Shown: positions 1 to 13,100, counted from the first letter of the stretch. The stretch is DNA of 64,000 nt from Macrostomum lignano (GCA_002269645.1 NIVC01003730.1:1-64000), one strand, 5' to 3'. The notes: generated from the letters alone by a model not told the origin. Numbers and translations are program-made.

Positions 1-877
1 GGCCTTTTCGCTTGTTCTGGTTCCAGAACCGCAGAACCAATTTGTGAGGTATAAATTTTTGTCTCCATAACTAGAGGGAGATACTTGCTATAAGTTTTTA
101 TTATTGAATGAAAAATCGCCAAGAAGAAATTGAAAAATTGTGGTAAGTGAGGTGTTAAGGCAGTCAAACATTCAACAGAATTAAATAGTTATACTGCTGT
201 TTTTCTTGGAAGATCCGAACCGATTCTGATTCTGGAATTGGTAATATGAAAAGCCTCTATGCCAACACCCTTGAACGTCTTCGACATGTTTGATTTGATA
301 ATTTATGGGCCAGCGCCCAGCACTAGCTAGCAGGACTAGTAAGGTAGTATTCCTACAAGTTTATATACTTATATTTTCCTAGCTTTTTGTCCATTTTTAA
401 TGAGCCGGTAAGAGAAAGAAAGAGGAGGTAAGAGGACCCATGCCATAATGGAGGTACCGTGGTGTGGCGTGGCGCACTTCATTATAGACTTCCATACTAT
501 TTGTATTACATAACAGACCCTAAGCTAATAATAGTATAGTATCAGGGCCTAATCCATTTATCGTAATTGTATTTGTAATTGTATCCTGTACCAAATCTAA
601 ATTTGTTAGTCCTAATCTAAATTTGTGCCCCACTAGTGTAGGCCTAGTGTAGGTTGAACTTAAATAAAAAGCTAACTAGCGGCTAGCCCAATTAAGGATT
701 AAGGACTAGCCTAAGACTAAGAGTCTTCAGCCAGTGATGTGTTGTTCCTGTGACCTACAAATATGCATGCAACAAAACAAAAGGGGTAGGCCCTAGCAAA
801 TAAAAAAAAAACATTTTTTGTAAGATACTCTTTGCCAAGCAATTAAATTAGGGGCAATGGCTAGGCTAGAGTTCCAA

Positions 878-1053
878 CACCAAAACCATTTTCTAATGGC
901 TAGGCCCTATGGCTATGGATCATGAACTTCATTAGTAGATAATGATATGAACTTCATTAGTAGATAATGATATGAACTTCATTAGTAGATAACTGCTTAG
1001 GCCTACAGAAGACTGCCACCATAGGCCTAGCCATTAGAAAATGGGTTCTGGTG
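878..1053. repeat. About 33-bp imperfect inverted repeat (878-910 and 1021-1053) enclosing a 25-bp tandem triplication (922-992)
   Basis: CACCAAAACCATTTTCTAATGGCTAGGCCCTAT versus the reverse complement of ATAGGCCTAGCCATTAGAAAATGGGTTCTGGTG; ATGAACTTCATTAGTAGATAATGAT about 2.8 copies. Confidence 0.75.
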
Positions 1054-1562
1054 CTTAAGTGCTAGAACTCAAGCTATTGGGCTTACATAAAAAATAAAAA
1101 TATGAAAAGAAAAAAATAGGCCTACTTTTTATTTTATAGAGAATTTTTTATAATTATACCTTTTATAACCATAGCATAGGCCTAGGGCTTTATTAATGGT
1201 TAGGCCTATAGAAAAAACAATAGAATTTTATCAATAACAAAATTTATTTATTTTTGTATCGATAACCATATTTTATATTTTTTCTTATAGTCTTAGACCT
1301 ATCTGTGACCAATATTTATAGCCAATAATTTTTTTAGTTAGTAATACTTCCTTAAACATTTTTTGCTATAATAATAGCCAATAATTTTTTTAGAGATTTT
1401 TTGCCTAGCAAAGTGCTACCAGCTAGCAATACTTAGGCCTTGTATATTATAGATTGAATATGCCTATTAGGACCTTTATTGGGAACTATTATAATTGTAA
1501 AAATATAGCTAGGAATAGTATTTTGTTGTTAGTGTAGAATACATCTAGGCCTATGGCATTCA

Positions 1563-1895
1563 ATGCTTATCAATTTATTTCTATTTTTTTCTCTTTTCTA
1601 TTATTTTCTTTCCTTTTTCTTTTTTTTCTTATTTTCTATTTTCCACTTTTTCCACTTTTTCCTTTTCTCTTTATTCTATCCTTTTTCTCTTTTCTATCTT
1701 AGTCTTTTTTCCTTTTTCTTTTCCCTTTTCCCTTTTCCCTTCTTCTCTCTTATCTTTCTTTTTCATTTTTCTTCTCTTATTTTATCTTTTTTCTTTCTTC
1801 CTCTTCTCCATTCTCTTTGCTCTTTTCTTTCTTTGCCTTTTCATTCTCCCTTTTTTCTCCCTTTTCACTTATTTTTCTTCTTCCCTTTTTTCTAG
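1563..1895 (+). repeat. Polypyrimidine low-complexity tract
   Basis: About 330 bp almost entirely T/C. Confidence 0.9.
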
Positions 1896-3040
1896 TAATC
1901 TTAAAGTAACAAAAATAATGAAATCTCCAATGTTTATCAATATATTTTTGAGAATAATGTGATCAGTAGATCAGCTTATCATTTGGTTCCCAAAAAGATT
2001 GGGTAGCAAAAGGCCCTAAATTATTTGTAGTCTAGCCTTCTTTGATGGTGGCAAATGCTAAATGGTTTCTTTTTTTAACTTTATCTTAACTTAAGCAATT
2101 GTCATCCCAACTATAATATATGTGCCATCAAACATCATTGTTGCTTGCTTTTAAATCTCAAGTCTTTTAAGTATTAAATGGCCATAGCCATATTTATATG
2201 TTTTTCTCAAAACCTATATTTTTAAGTTTTTATAGCTATATTATAGCTACAGTCCCCTTATATATTTAAGGCCTAAGACTAGGCCTAACTTTTGCAGGTA
2301 TTTTTGCAAATGTTTTAGCTATTTTTGTTGTATTATATATAAGAAGCCAAAAAAATCTTTGTCATAGAAATTAGTAAGATAAAAATATTTTGAAAGTTTT
2401 TAAAACAAACTTTTTACAAAATTGATCAATAGTGCCATATTGGGAAAACATATACAAAAGTGTAGATATTTAGGTAAACATTTTTTGTAAATTTTTTATT
2501 CCTTGACCACTTTTCAAAGGTGTCTTTTATTCAAGCAAATGAGATAACAAAGTAAAACATCTTCAATTCATAGCCATAATCAAACAAAAAGAAAAAACTG
2601 TCAAGAAAAAAATCAATTTTACAATTTACCCTTGGTCTAGCCAGTCTACCATGATTTTTGCCAGCTGGATTAGTTGAATATATTTTAGTATATTGTGGAG
2701 ATGCATAGGGATCTAGACCACAGAAACAATTAGGATCCTATCTCACTTTTCTATATACTTATACATTAAATACAAATCCCAATCTTACTCTCATAAGCCA
2801 AAAATCCCAGGATCCCAGCAAAAATTATTAATCCATTGAACATGACCAAGCATACACAGGGTACAGGCATTATTGATGACATTTTCTATTGTAATTTAGA
2901 GATTATCTTGTGCAGAGTGTCAGTCAGATTGTCATTGCATTATTTATCGATTATTGCCAACCATTGCTGCCAGTGACGTGTTAAAGAAAGCATTTACTCC
3001 TTTCTCTCTATCAGCAAGCCTTGCACTTTAAAGCCTTGAG

Positions 3041-5337
3041 ATGGCTCCTCCAAGCTTCAGCGATCTCAGCAAAGATGCCAACGATCTCTACAATAAAGAC
3101 TTCAATTTTGGCTCAGTCAAAGCCGAGCTAAAAACCAAAGCCCAGCTGTTGGACTCCGAATTCAAGTCTAGCGGCTCGCACGATATGGAAACTGGCCGGG
3201 CGGCTGCGGATGTTGAAGTTAAGCGATCGTTTAGAGACTACGGCATCACCCTGACTAATAAATGGAAAACCAGTAATGCCATTACAGCGGAGGTTGCCAT
3301 CGAAGACCGCTTAGCTAAGGGTCTAAAGAATTCATTCGAGATTAATTTTGAGCCCAACACAGGGAAACGTAGCGCCAAAGTTAAAACAGGATTTAAACGG
3401 GCCAATGTGAACACTGCGCTGGATTTGGAGTTTAAGACTAATTTTCCCACCGTACTGTCTAGCGCTGTGTTCGGCTATCAGAACTTCTTCGCCGGTGCCA
3501 GCGTTGGATTCGATACTGAAAGACAGAAACTGACCAAACTTAGCTACGGTGCGGCTTTTCAGGTCTGAGTCATCTCCTGAAGCTGCCGAACCCTCCTTGA
3601 ATACTGATTCTCTGGGGTGTCCAACCCCTCTGAATATTACTAGTAATTTCTCTCCCTGAAATACCTCAGGGATGCATCTGAAGCTATCATCCAACCTATC
3701 CATGAAGTACAGAGATGCATCTGAAGCTACCAACCCATCCCTGAAGTACAGAGATGCATCTGAAGCTATCATCCAACCCATCCCTGAAGTACAGAGATGC
3801 ATCTGAAGCTATCATCCAACCCATCCCTGAAGTACAGAGATGCATCTGAAGCTATCATCCAACCTATCCATGAAGTACAGAGATGCATCTGAAGCTATCA
3901 TCCAACCTATCCATGAAGTACAGAGATGCATCTGAAGACTGAAGCTACCAACCCATCCCTGAAGTACAGAGATGCATCTGAAGCTATCATCCAACCCATC
4001 CCTGAAGTACAGAGATGCATCTGAAGCTATCATCCAACCCATCCCTGAAGTACAGAGATGCATCTGAAGCTATCATCCAACCTATCCATGAAGTACAGAG
4101 ATGCATCTGAAGCTATCATCCAACCTATCCATGAAGTACAGAGATGCATCTGAAGCTATCATCCAACCTATCCATGAAGTACAGAGATGCATCTGAAGCT
4201 ACCAACCCATCCCTGAAGTACAGAGATGCATCTGAAGCTATCATCCAACCCATCCCTGAAGTACAGAGATGCATCTGAAGCTATCATCCAACCCATCCCT
4301 GAAGTACAGAGATGCATCTGAAGCTATCATCCAACCCATCCCTGAAGTACAGAGATGCATCTGAAGCTATCATCCAACCCATCCCTGAAGTACAGAGATG
4401 CATCTGAAGCTATCATCCAACCCATCCCTGAAGTACAGAGATGCATCTGAAGCTATCATCCAACCCATCCCTGAAGTACAGAGATGCATCTGAAGCTACC
4501 AACCCATCCCTGAAGTACAGAGATGCATCTGAAGCTATCATCCAACCTCTCCCTGAAGTACAGAGATGCAACTGAAGCTATCATCCAACCTCTCCCTGAA
4601 GTACAGAGATGCATCTGAAGCTACCAACCCATCCCTGAAGTACAGAGATGCATCTGAAGCTACCAACCCATCCCTGAAGTACAGAGATGCATCTGAAGCT
4701 ATCATCCAACCCATCCCTGAAGTACAGAGATGCATCTGAAGCTACCAACCCATCCCTGAAGTACAGAGATGCATCTGAAGCTATCATCCAACCTCTCCCT
4801 GAAGTACAGAGATGCATCTGAAGCTATCATCCAACCTCTCCCTGAAGTACAGAGATGCATCTGAAGCTATCATCCAACCTCTCCCTGAAGTACAGAGATG
4901 CATCTGAAGCTACCAACTCGTTCCTGAAGTACAGAGACATCCCTAATAAAAATAGAAACAAATTAGAATAGAAAGTCAATTGCTGCTCAAACCACACCTA
5001 CACGCAGGTGAAGGACCTGTCCCTGTACGCTGGAGTTGAGAACAGCAGCAACTATTGCGCTTCAGCTTATCACCGCCTGTCTCGTGGCCTGGAGGCGGGC
5101 CTGAAGCTGTGCTACTCAGGCTCCAGCCACGCCGCGGATCTGGGCGTAGCGGCCAAGTACCGATTAAACGATGGTAGCGCTTTTAAACTGCGCCTAAACA
5201 ATCGCAGCCTGTTGGGCTCGTCCTACAGTTTCCAGGTGCGCGACGGCTTCCGCGTGACAATGAGCAGCAATTTGGATTGTAAAAATCTTGGCGGCGGTGG
5301 CCACCAGCTGGGCTTGGCGTTCTGCTTCGAGCCTTGA
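3041..5337 (+). CDS. VDAC: Voltage-dependent anion channel (mitochondrial porin); exons 3041-3562 and 5008-5337, 283 aa
   Basis: MAPPSFSDLSKDANDLYNKDFNFG start and KLRLNNRSLLGSSY...GGHQLGLAFCFEP end are VDAC-like. Donor CAG|gtctga at 3563 and acceptor cacgcag| at 5007 are both phase 0. The joined length of 174+109=283 aa equals typical VDAC length. Confidence 0.95.
3665..4935. repeat. 43/40-bp minisatellite in the VDAC intron
   Basis: GAAGTACAGAGATGCATCTGAAGCTATCATCCAACCCATCCCT and a variant lacking 3 bp, about 30 copies. Confidence 0.95.
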
Positions 5338-6039
5338 TTTATTAGAATTTATAATTATTACTGAAAGTACTGGATTCAAAAGAAATTTAGGATATTTAAT
5401 TTTATGAGATAGCAAGTTAACACTACTCTTAGTACTGGCTTAAATTAGTAGTATATAAAAGTATGCACTTTACAGTTAGTTTGCTAACACAGCTCTAGAT
5501 CTCTATTATGATCTTTACTACTGTTTTTTTGTTAGTTTTCGTTAGTAGTATGCGAAAGAAGCTAGATTTTTCTTTATAATTATTTTACTATAAGCAACGA
5601 AAATGTTAATCCTACTATAGTAATATTATTATCCTGTTTAACTTTACTTTGCCAAGTTTTATTTAACTACCTGGCATTAGCACATTAATTTTCTGTTTGT
5701 CTGGCTCTTCTGCAACACGGCGCTCTTCATATAGATTATATGAAACAACTATTTATTGTTGCATTATAGTTTAAACTAAAGACTTTTTAGCTCTTAATTC
5801 TATTTGATAAAGAAGGACTAACTTTTTTTAAGAAAGACTGTTATAACATTGTTGCTAACCTAGCCATGTTTGAGTTAGGTTTCTCATTGATTTTCTCATT
5901 TGAGAGGTTTAAGAGTCCAGACAGCCTCTATCCCATAGGGGTAAAACTTTCCTTTCGGACAGTCTGTCTCAGTCGTAGGGGCGAGATTTCGGCGCTCGGA
6001 CAGTCTATCAAAAGCGGTGAGATTTCAAACAGTCTGCAC

Positions 6040-6950
6040 TTTATAGGGTTGAGATTTCAGACGGTCTATCCCATAGGGGTGAGATTTCAGACAGTCTGCA
6101 CTTTATAGGGTTGAGATTTCGGACGGTCTATCTCATAGGGGTGAGATTTCAGACAGTCCCCATTTGATAGGGTTGAAATTTTGGACAGTCTGCATTTGAT
6201 AGGGTTGAGATTTCGGACAGTCTGCATTTGATAGGGTTGAGATTTCGGACAGTCTGCATTTGATAGGGTTGAGATTTCGGACAGTCTGCATTTGATAGGG
6301 TTGAGATTTCGGACAGTCTGCATTTGATAGGGTTGAGATTTCGGACAGTCTGCATTTGATAGGGTTGAGATTTCGGACAGTCTGCATTTGATAGGGTTGA
6401 GATTTCGGACAGTCTGCATTTGATAGGGTTGAGATTTCGGACAGTCTGCATTTGATAGGGTTGAGATTTCGGACAGTCTGCATTTGATAGGGTTGAGATT
6501 TCGGACAGTCTGCATTTGATAGGGTTGAGATTTCGGACAGTCTGCATTTGATAGGGTTGAGATTTCGGACAGTCTGCATTTGATAGGGTTGAGATTTCGG
6601 ACAGTCTGCATTTGATAGGGTTGAGATTTCGGACAGTCTGCATTTGATAGGGTTGAGATTTCGGACAGTCTGCATTTGATAGGGTTGAGATTTCGGACAG
6701 TCTGCATTTGATAGGGTTGAGATTTCGGACAGTCTGCATTTGATAGGGTTGAGATTTCGGACAGTCTGCATTTGATAGGGTTGAGATTTCGGACAGTCTG
6801 CATTTGATAGGGTTGAGATTTCGGACAGTCTGCATTTGATAGGGTTGAGATTTCGGACAGTCTGCATTTGATAGGGTTGAGATTTCGGACAGTCTGCATT
6901 TGATAGGGTTGAGATTTCGGACAGTCTGCATTTGATAGGGTTGAGATTTC
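6040..6950. repeat. 32-bp minisatellite between VDAC and SH3BP5
   Basis: TGATAGGGTTGAGATTTCGGACAGTCTGCATT, near-identical from 6184 to 6950, degenerate on the left. Confidence 0.95.
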
Positions 6951-7128
6951 GGAAAAATCCCCATTTAAATCGGGCAAGTCTTCATTTAGGACAGAGATTT
7001 CAAGCTATATTTGTTGCACAGGGCGGGAGTTGGAATCTCAGTTTCACTATGCAACATTGCAGCATCAATAAGCCATACCAGAGGAGACACAGCGAGCCCA
7101 CGAGGCCTGAGCAGACCAGACAGACGCC

Positions 7129-7791
7129 ATGCCAGCCTCCGCTCCGACATCCCCTGCTCTGCCGTCGCCTTCGCTGCACTCGCCGACCCCGTCTGTTTCT
7201 TCATTATCCTCTCGCGTGTCCGCCGAGCTCGAACGGTTGAACTTGTCCGCCCAGCAGCTGAACTCGGCCGAGACCGACCTGACCGAGGCCCGCGCCGAGT
7301 TCCGGCGCCGCCAATCGGCCGGCCTGGAGGCCATGACGGCGGCCCGTGTAGCGGCCGGTCCAAGCTGTATCGAAGCGGCCCGGCCGGCCTACGAAGCCAG
7401 GCGGCGTTGCCAGCTGACCCAGTTGGAGGCGCGAGCCGCCGCGGCTAGATTTCTGCGCCAAGCCTCGCCAACATCCTCGGCCGAGCATCAGCGCCTGGCT
7501 AGACGATGCCACGAGCTCGAAGCCGCCGCGGCCCGACTTGAACGATCGGTGCGCGCCTCGGTGGCCCGTCGGGCCAAGCCGTATTTCGACGCTTGCGAGC
7601 GGCAGCGCCGCCTGCTAGAAGAGCAGAAGGCCCGGGTGGACACGCTAGAAGAGAAGCGGCGCATCTGCAAGCGGGTTTACCAGGAAACCATGGCCGCTTT
7701 AGAGGCCATCAGCGAGGAAGTGCACTCCGTTAGGAAGACCGCCGCCGCCGCTGCTACTGCCACTCCTCCTGCTGAGGGCGGCAACTCCTGA
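7129..7791 (+). CDS. SH3BP5: SH3 domain-binding protein 5-like (Rab11 GEF family), single exon, 220 aa, internally shortened
   Basis: RVSAELERLN...ETDLTEARAEFR, ARPAYEARR, AKPYFD and LEAISEEVH match remembered SH3BP5 coiled-coil motifs (RIQGELEKLN, KPYWEAR, KPYFE, LEMISDEIH). Confidence 0.8.
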   Translation: MPASAPTSPALPSPSLHSPTPSVSSLSSRVSAELERLNLSAQQLNSAETDLTEARAEFRRRQSAGLEAMTAARVAAGPSCIEAARPAYEARRRCQLTQLEARAAAARFLRQASPTSSAEHQRLARRCHELEAAAARLERSVRASVARRAKPYFDACERQRRLLEEQKARVDTLEEKRRICKRVYQETMAALEAISEEVHSVRKTAAAAATATPPAEGGNS

Positions 7792-7867
7792 TGTCTGATG
7801 CTGATGCTTTGATGCTGGAGAATAATGGAGTCTTTTAATGTCACGGTGAGTCTGGTGTCCGAGTGTG

Positions 7868-9086
7868 GCATGGGATCAGTGAGGGATGGGATCAGTGTGG
7901 GATAGGATCAGTATGGGATGGGATCAGTATGGGATGAGACCAGTGTGAGATAGGATCAGTGTGGGATGGGATCAGTGTGGGATGGGATCAGTGTGGGATA
8001 GGATCAGTGTGGGATGGGATCAGTGTGGGATAGGATCAGTATGGGATGGGATCAGTATGGGATGGGACCAGTGTGAGATAGGATCAGTGTGGGATGGGAT
8101 CAGTGTGGGATGGGATCAGTGTGGGATGGGATCAGTGTAAGATGGGATCAGTGTGGGATGGGATCAGTGTGAGATGGGATCAGAGTGGGAAAGGATCAGA
8201 GTGGGATAGGATCAGTGTGGGATGGGATCAGTGTGGGATGGGATCAGTGTGGGATGGGATCAGTGTAAGATGGGATCAGTGTGGGATGGGATCAGTGTGG
8301 GATGGGATCAGTGTGGGATAGGATCAGTGTGGGATAGGATCAGTGTGGGATGGGATCAGTATGGCATGGGATCAGTATGGGATGGGACCAGTGTGGGATG
8401 GGATCAGTGTGAGATGGGATCAGTGTGAGATGGGATCAGTGTGGGGTGGGATCAGAGTGGGATGGGATCAGTGTGGGATGGGATCAGAGTAGGATGGGAT
8501 CAGTGTGGGATGGGATCAGAGTGGGATGGGATCAGAGTGGGATGGGATCAGAGTGGGATGGCATCAGTGTGGGATGGGATCAGAGTGGGATGGCATCCGT
8601 GTGGGATGGTATCAGTGTGGGATGGGATCAGTGTGGGATGGGATCAGAGTGGGATGGCATCAGTGTGGGATGGTATCAGTGTGGGATAGGATCAGTGTGG
8701 GATGGCATCAGTGTGGGATGGCATCAGTGTGGGATGGGATCAGAGTGGGATGGGATCAGAATGGGATGGGATCAGTGTGGGATGGGATCAGTGCGGGATG
8801 GGATCAGTGTGGGATGGGATCAGTGTGGGATGGGATCAGAGTGGGATGGCATCCGTGTGGGATGGTATCAGTGTGGGATGGGATCAGTGTGGGATGGCAT
8901 CAGTGTGGGATGGCATCAGAGTGGGATGGCATCAGTGTGGGATGGGATCAGAGTGGGATGGCATCAGTGTGGGATGGGATCAGAGTGGGATGGCATCAGT
9001 GTGGGATGGTATCAGTGTGGGATAGGATCAGTGTGGGATGGCATCAGTGTGGGATGGGATCAGAGTGGGATGGGATCAGTGTGGGA
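7868..9086. repeat. 16-bp minisatellite downstream of SH3BP5
   Basis: GGGATCAGTGTGGGAT with variants. Confidence 0.95.
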
Positions 9087-9851
9087 AGTCGAAAAGTCGC
9101 GTTACTAAATTAATCTGATTATGAAGACAATAATGTAATGCAGGATTCAAGCTCAAACTCAATCAATGCACCGTTTAAAATTGGTTTCAGATCGCAATTA
9201 GCTCAACTGGTTCGAAATCCGACTCTGCATCTTGAACGAAATCGATGCCAGCTGAATGATTTTCTATAGTCTGACCCGCAATTTTGCAACACTGTCTTTT
9301 AGTTTTTTGTTTTGTATGAAAAAATATCAGTTTATTGCATGAATTCGTGTGCTATATTTATATTATCTATAATCATTTATTGTGCTAGCTTGCGTTTAGT
9401 TTGTAACATTGACGCTTTTATTGCCTATCAGTTTGGATGGCATGTTTTTGTTAATTTAAGTCTTTTATTATGTCATTTTAGGTTTACCTAAATTTCGCAA
9501 TTTTTGTCAATCTTACTGTACTTTTATTTATGACTGTGCATGTACTTTTGCCGCCGAGGCTTGAAGATAAATTTCGAATTTTGCTCGCTATCGCTGGATA
9601 CGCGCCAGCTGTCTGCTCTGCAAAATTTGCTGTTTTGTGTTTTTTGCTTTTTGGAAATTAAACCGCTCGCGCTGACAACACACGATTGAATTGCGAAAAT
9701 ATGCTTTTATACAATATGAAGCGCTGGCCCGTTCTCACCTTGTTGTCATGACAACGGGACCGATGAGCCATTGATTTTATTATATAATATACTTTGCTGA
9801 CTTTGACGTTGCTGGTGTTAGTTTCTGGGTGTCTGTTTTGTCGTTTCTGCC

Positions 9852-9898
<47 letters not shown>

Positions 9899-10015
9899 TT
9901 CTGTCTGTCTGTCTGTCTGTCTGTCATAGTGTCTATCTCTCTGTCTGTCTGTCTGTCTTTTTGTCTGTCTGTCTGTCTGTCTGTCATAGTGTCTATCTCT
10001 CTGTCTGTCTGTCTT

Positions 10016-10070
<55 letters not shown>

Positions 10071-10100
10071 TTCTGTGTCTGTCTTTCTGCCTACTTGCCT
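9852..10100. repeat. (TGTC)n microsatellite directly upstream of ZPR1
   Basis: Interrupted TCTG runs ending about 30 nt before a ctaatttcag acceptor-like site. Confidence 0.95.
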
Positions 10101-10143
10101 GTCCGTCACCGAGTACCACCGCTAATTTCAGCGCTGAGCCATC

Positions 10144-13100
10144 ATGAGCGACCTCGCCGAGCGCGCCGATGCCCAGGCGCAGCAGCCGCTGTTTCCCGGC
10201 CTGGACCCAGACGAACTGCAGGTGACGGAGATGCAGTCGCTATGCATGAACTGCCACAGCCAGGGCGTCACCAAGCTGCTGCTCACTCGCATTCCCTATT
10301 TCAAAGAGGTCGTCGTATCCAGCTTTGACTGTCCCGACTGCGGCCACCAGAGCCGCAGCACCGACCACGCGGAACGAATCCAAGACTACGGAGTCGAGTT
10401 CAAGCTCCGAGTCAGCAAGCCGAGCGATCTCAATCGGAAACTGGTCCGGGCGCCCGGCTCGGAGATTCGCCTGCCCGAGCTCGATTCGGTTTTTCCCGGC
10501 AGTGAGGCCTCGGTCAGCACGGTGGAGGGCGCATTGACTGACGTGCTGGACAACCTGCGCTCCGCCCTGGCCTCCGCGGCCACCTCTGCGGGTCCCGACG
10601 GAGTTGATCGGCTGGCAGCTTTTATTAACAAAATGCAGGGCATGATCGAGGCTGAGAAGTGAGTCTGGGAGCTGTCTGTTCACAATCTACCTGTCTGTTT
10701 ACACATCTGACCGTCTGTTCACAATCTACCTGTCTGTTCACACGTCTGACCGTCTGTTCACAATCTACCTGTCTGTTCACACATCTAACTGTCTGTTCAC
10801 AATCTACCTGTCACATCTGTTCACAATCTACCTTTCTGTTCACACATCTGACCGTCTGTTCACAATCTACCTGTCTTTCACAATCTCCCTGTCGGCCAGC
10901 CCCAGCTTCACTCTTGTCCTGCGCGATCCCAGCGGCAACAGTTTCTTAGAAAACCCGTCCGCCCCGGCCGCCGATCCCTGCCTGACCGTCCGACGCTTCC
11001 AGCGCACCCGTGAAGAAGACGAAGCTCTCGGCATTACGCCCGCCGATGCCGAGGCCGGAACCAATGGCAACGCTTCCAGTGTCGTTGCTAATGGCGACGC
11101 TGACGGTGCGGCTGCGGCGACCGGCTCCGCTAGTGAGGAGTTTGATCGATACGGCGAAGTGTTGAATTTTCAGGTGAGTAAACTCAGTAGTATGTATCGT
11201 ATTTAAGCTTGTGTATTAACCCTGACGTGCCACTAATCAGAATAGAGTTGCCATTTTCACATCTGAGATGCCACTAATCAGAATAGAGTTCCATTTTCAT
11301 ATCTGAGATGCCACTAATCAGAATAGAGTTGCCATTTTCACATCTAAGATGCCACTAATCAGAATAGAGTTGCCATTTTCACAACTGAGATGCCACTAAT
11401 CAGAATAGAGTTGCCATTTTCATATCTGAGATTCAGAATAGAGTTGCCATTTTCACATCTGAGATGCCACTAATCAGAAAGAGTTGCCATTTTCATATCT
11501 GAGATGCCACTAATCAGAATAGAGTTTCCATTTTCATATCTGAGATGCCACTAATCAGAATAGAGTTGCCATTTTCATATCTGAGATGCCACTAATCAGA
11601 ATAGAGTTGCCATTTTCATATCTGAGATGCCACTAATCAGAATAGAGTTGCCATTTTCATATCTGAGATGCCACTAATCAGAATAGAGTTGCCATTTTCA
11701 TATCTGAGATGCCACTAATCAGAATAGAGTTGCCATTTTCATATCTGAGATGCCACTAATCAGAATAGAGTTGCCATTTTCACATCTGAGATGCCACTAA
11801 TCAGAATAGAGTTGCCATTTTCACATCTGAGATGCCACTAATCAGAATAGAGTTGCCATTTTCACAACTGAGATGCCACTAATCAGAATAGAGTTGCCAT
11901 TTTCATATCTGAGATGCCACTAATCAGAATAGAGTTGCCATTTTCATATGAGATGCCACTAATCAGAATAGAGTTGCCATTTTCACATCTGAGATGCCAC
12001 TAATCAGAATAGAGTTGCCATTTTCACAACTGAGATGCCACTAATCAGAATAGAGTTGCCATTTTCATATCTGAGATGCCACTAATCAGAATAGAGTTGC
12101 CATTTTCACATCTGAGATGCCACTTATTAGTATAGAGTTGCCAGGAAACAGGATTCATTATCTATCAAATATTTCATATGATATGTTTCGATGTTTAAAA
12201 TCACTTTCAAACAGTGTCATTCCTAGAAAAGACTGGGCTAGAAAAAGACGACAATAGCTCATAAAATTGCGCAATATACCACTGAAGATTGCCCCTACAA
12301 TTATCGCCCTTTGCTCTCCCCGTCTTTCCGTCTATAGTTTAATTTAGTTATCGATTTTTGTCTACGCAAGTTTTTGTACGCAGTAGGGTTTGGGGAGGTG
12401 GGGGTTTTGGGGGGGGGGGCAGGTTGGGGGTGGGTGCGCTGGCCCCCTATGCCTATATAGATATTCAGTCTCTCCTTCTCTTTCTCCTGTCTCTCTGTCC
12501 CTTTCGTTTTTTATTCATTGATTTTTTTGAAGAAAAACATCTCAACAGCAGACTTGGTTATGCTTCTTCTGTATTTTCAACAGGGTAAGTGGCTGATAGG
12601 TGATAAAATCTGTAATTTGTATTTTATTTATTGTTAGCAACATTAGTGATTAGTGAGTGAGGCACTTCAGTGATTAGTGAGTGAGGCACTTCAGTGATTA
12701 GTGAGTGAGGCACTTCAGTGATTAGTGAGTGAGGCACATCAGTGATTAGTGTGTGAGGCACTTCAGTGATTAGTGAGTGAGGCACTTCAGTGATTAGTGA
12801 GTGAGGCACTTCAGTGATTAGTGTGTGAGGCACATCAGTGATTAGTGAGTGAGGCACATCAGTGATTAGTGTGTGAGGCACATCAGTGATTAGTGAGTGA
12901 GGCACATCAGTGATTAGTGAGTGAGGCACTTCAGTGATTAGTGTGTGAGGCACTTCAGTGATTAGTGAGTGAGGCACATCAGTGATTAGTGAGTGAGGCA
13001 CTTCAGTGATTAGTGTGTGAGGCACATCAGTGATTAGTGAGTGAGGCACTTCAGTGATTAGTGTGTGAGGCACATCAGTGATTAGTGAGTGAGGCACATC

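Noticed and set aside
1563-1895. 110-aa Phe/Leu/Ser-rich membrane-like ORF
   Set aside because: It is the translation of a polypyrimidine tract.
9328-9341. CAGTTTATTGCATG resembling the 3' end of a flatworm SL exon as I recall it
   Set aside because: It is not followed by a GT donor or Sm site, and my recall of the SL sequence is unverified; likely chance.
12385-12450. G-rich TAGGG...CCCTA segment as a MITE or telomeric seed
   Set aside because: No TSD and no true TTAGGG array; at most a G-quadruplex-prone patch.
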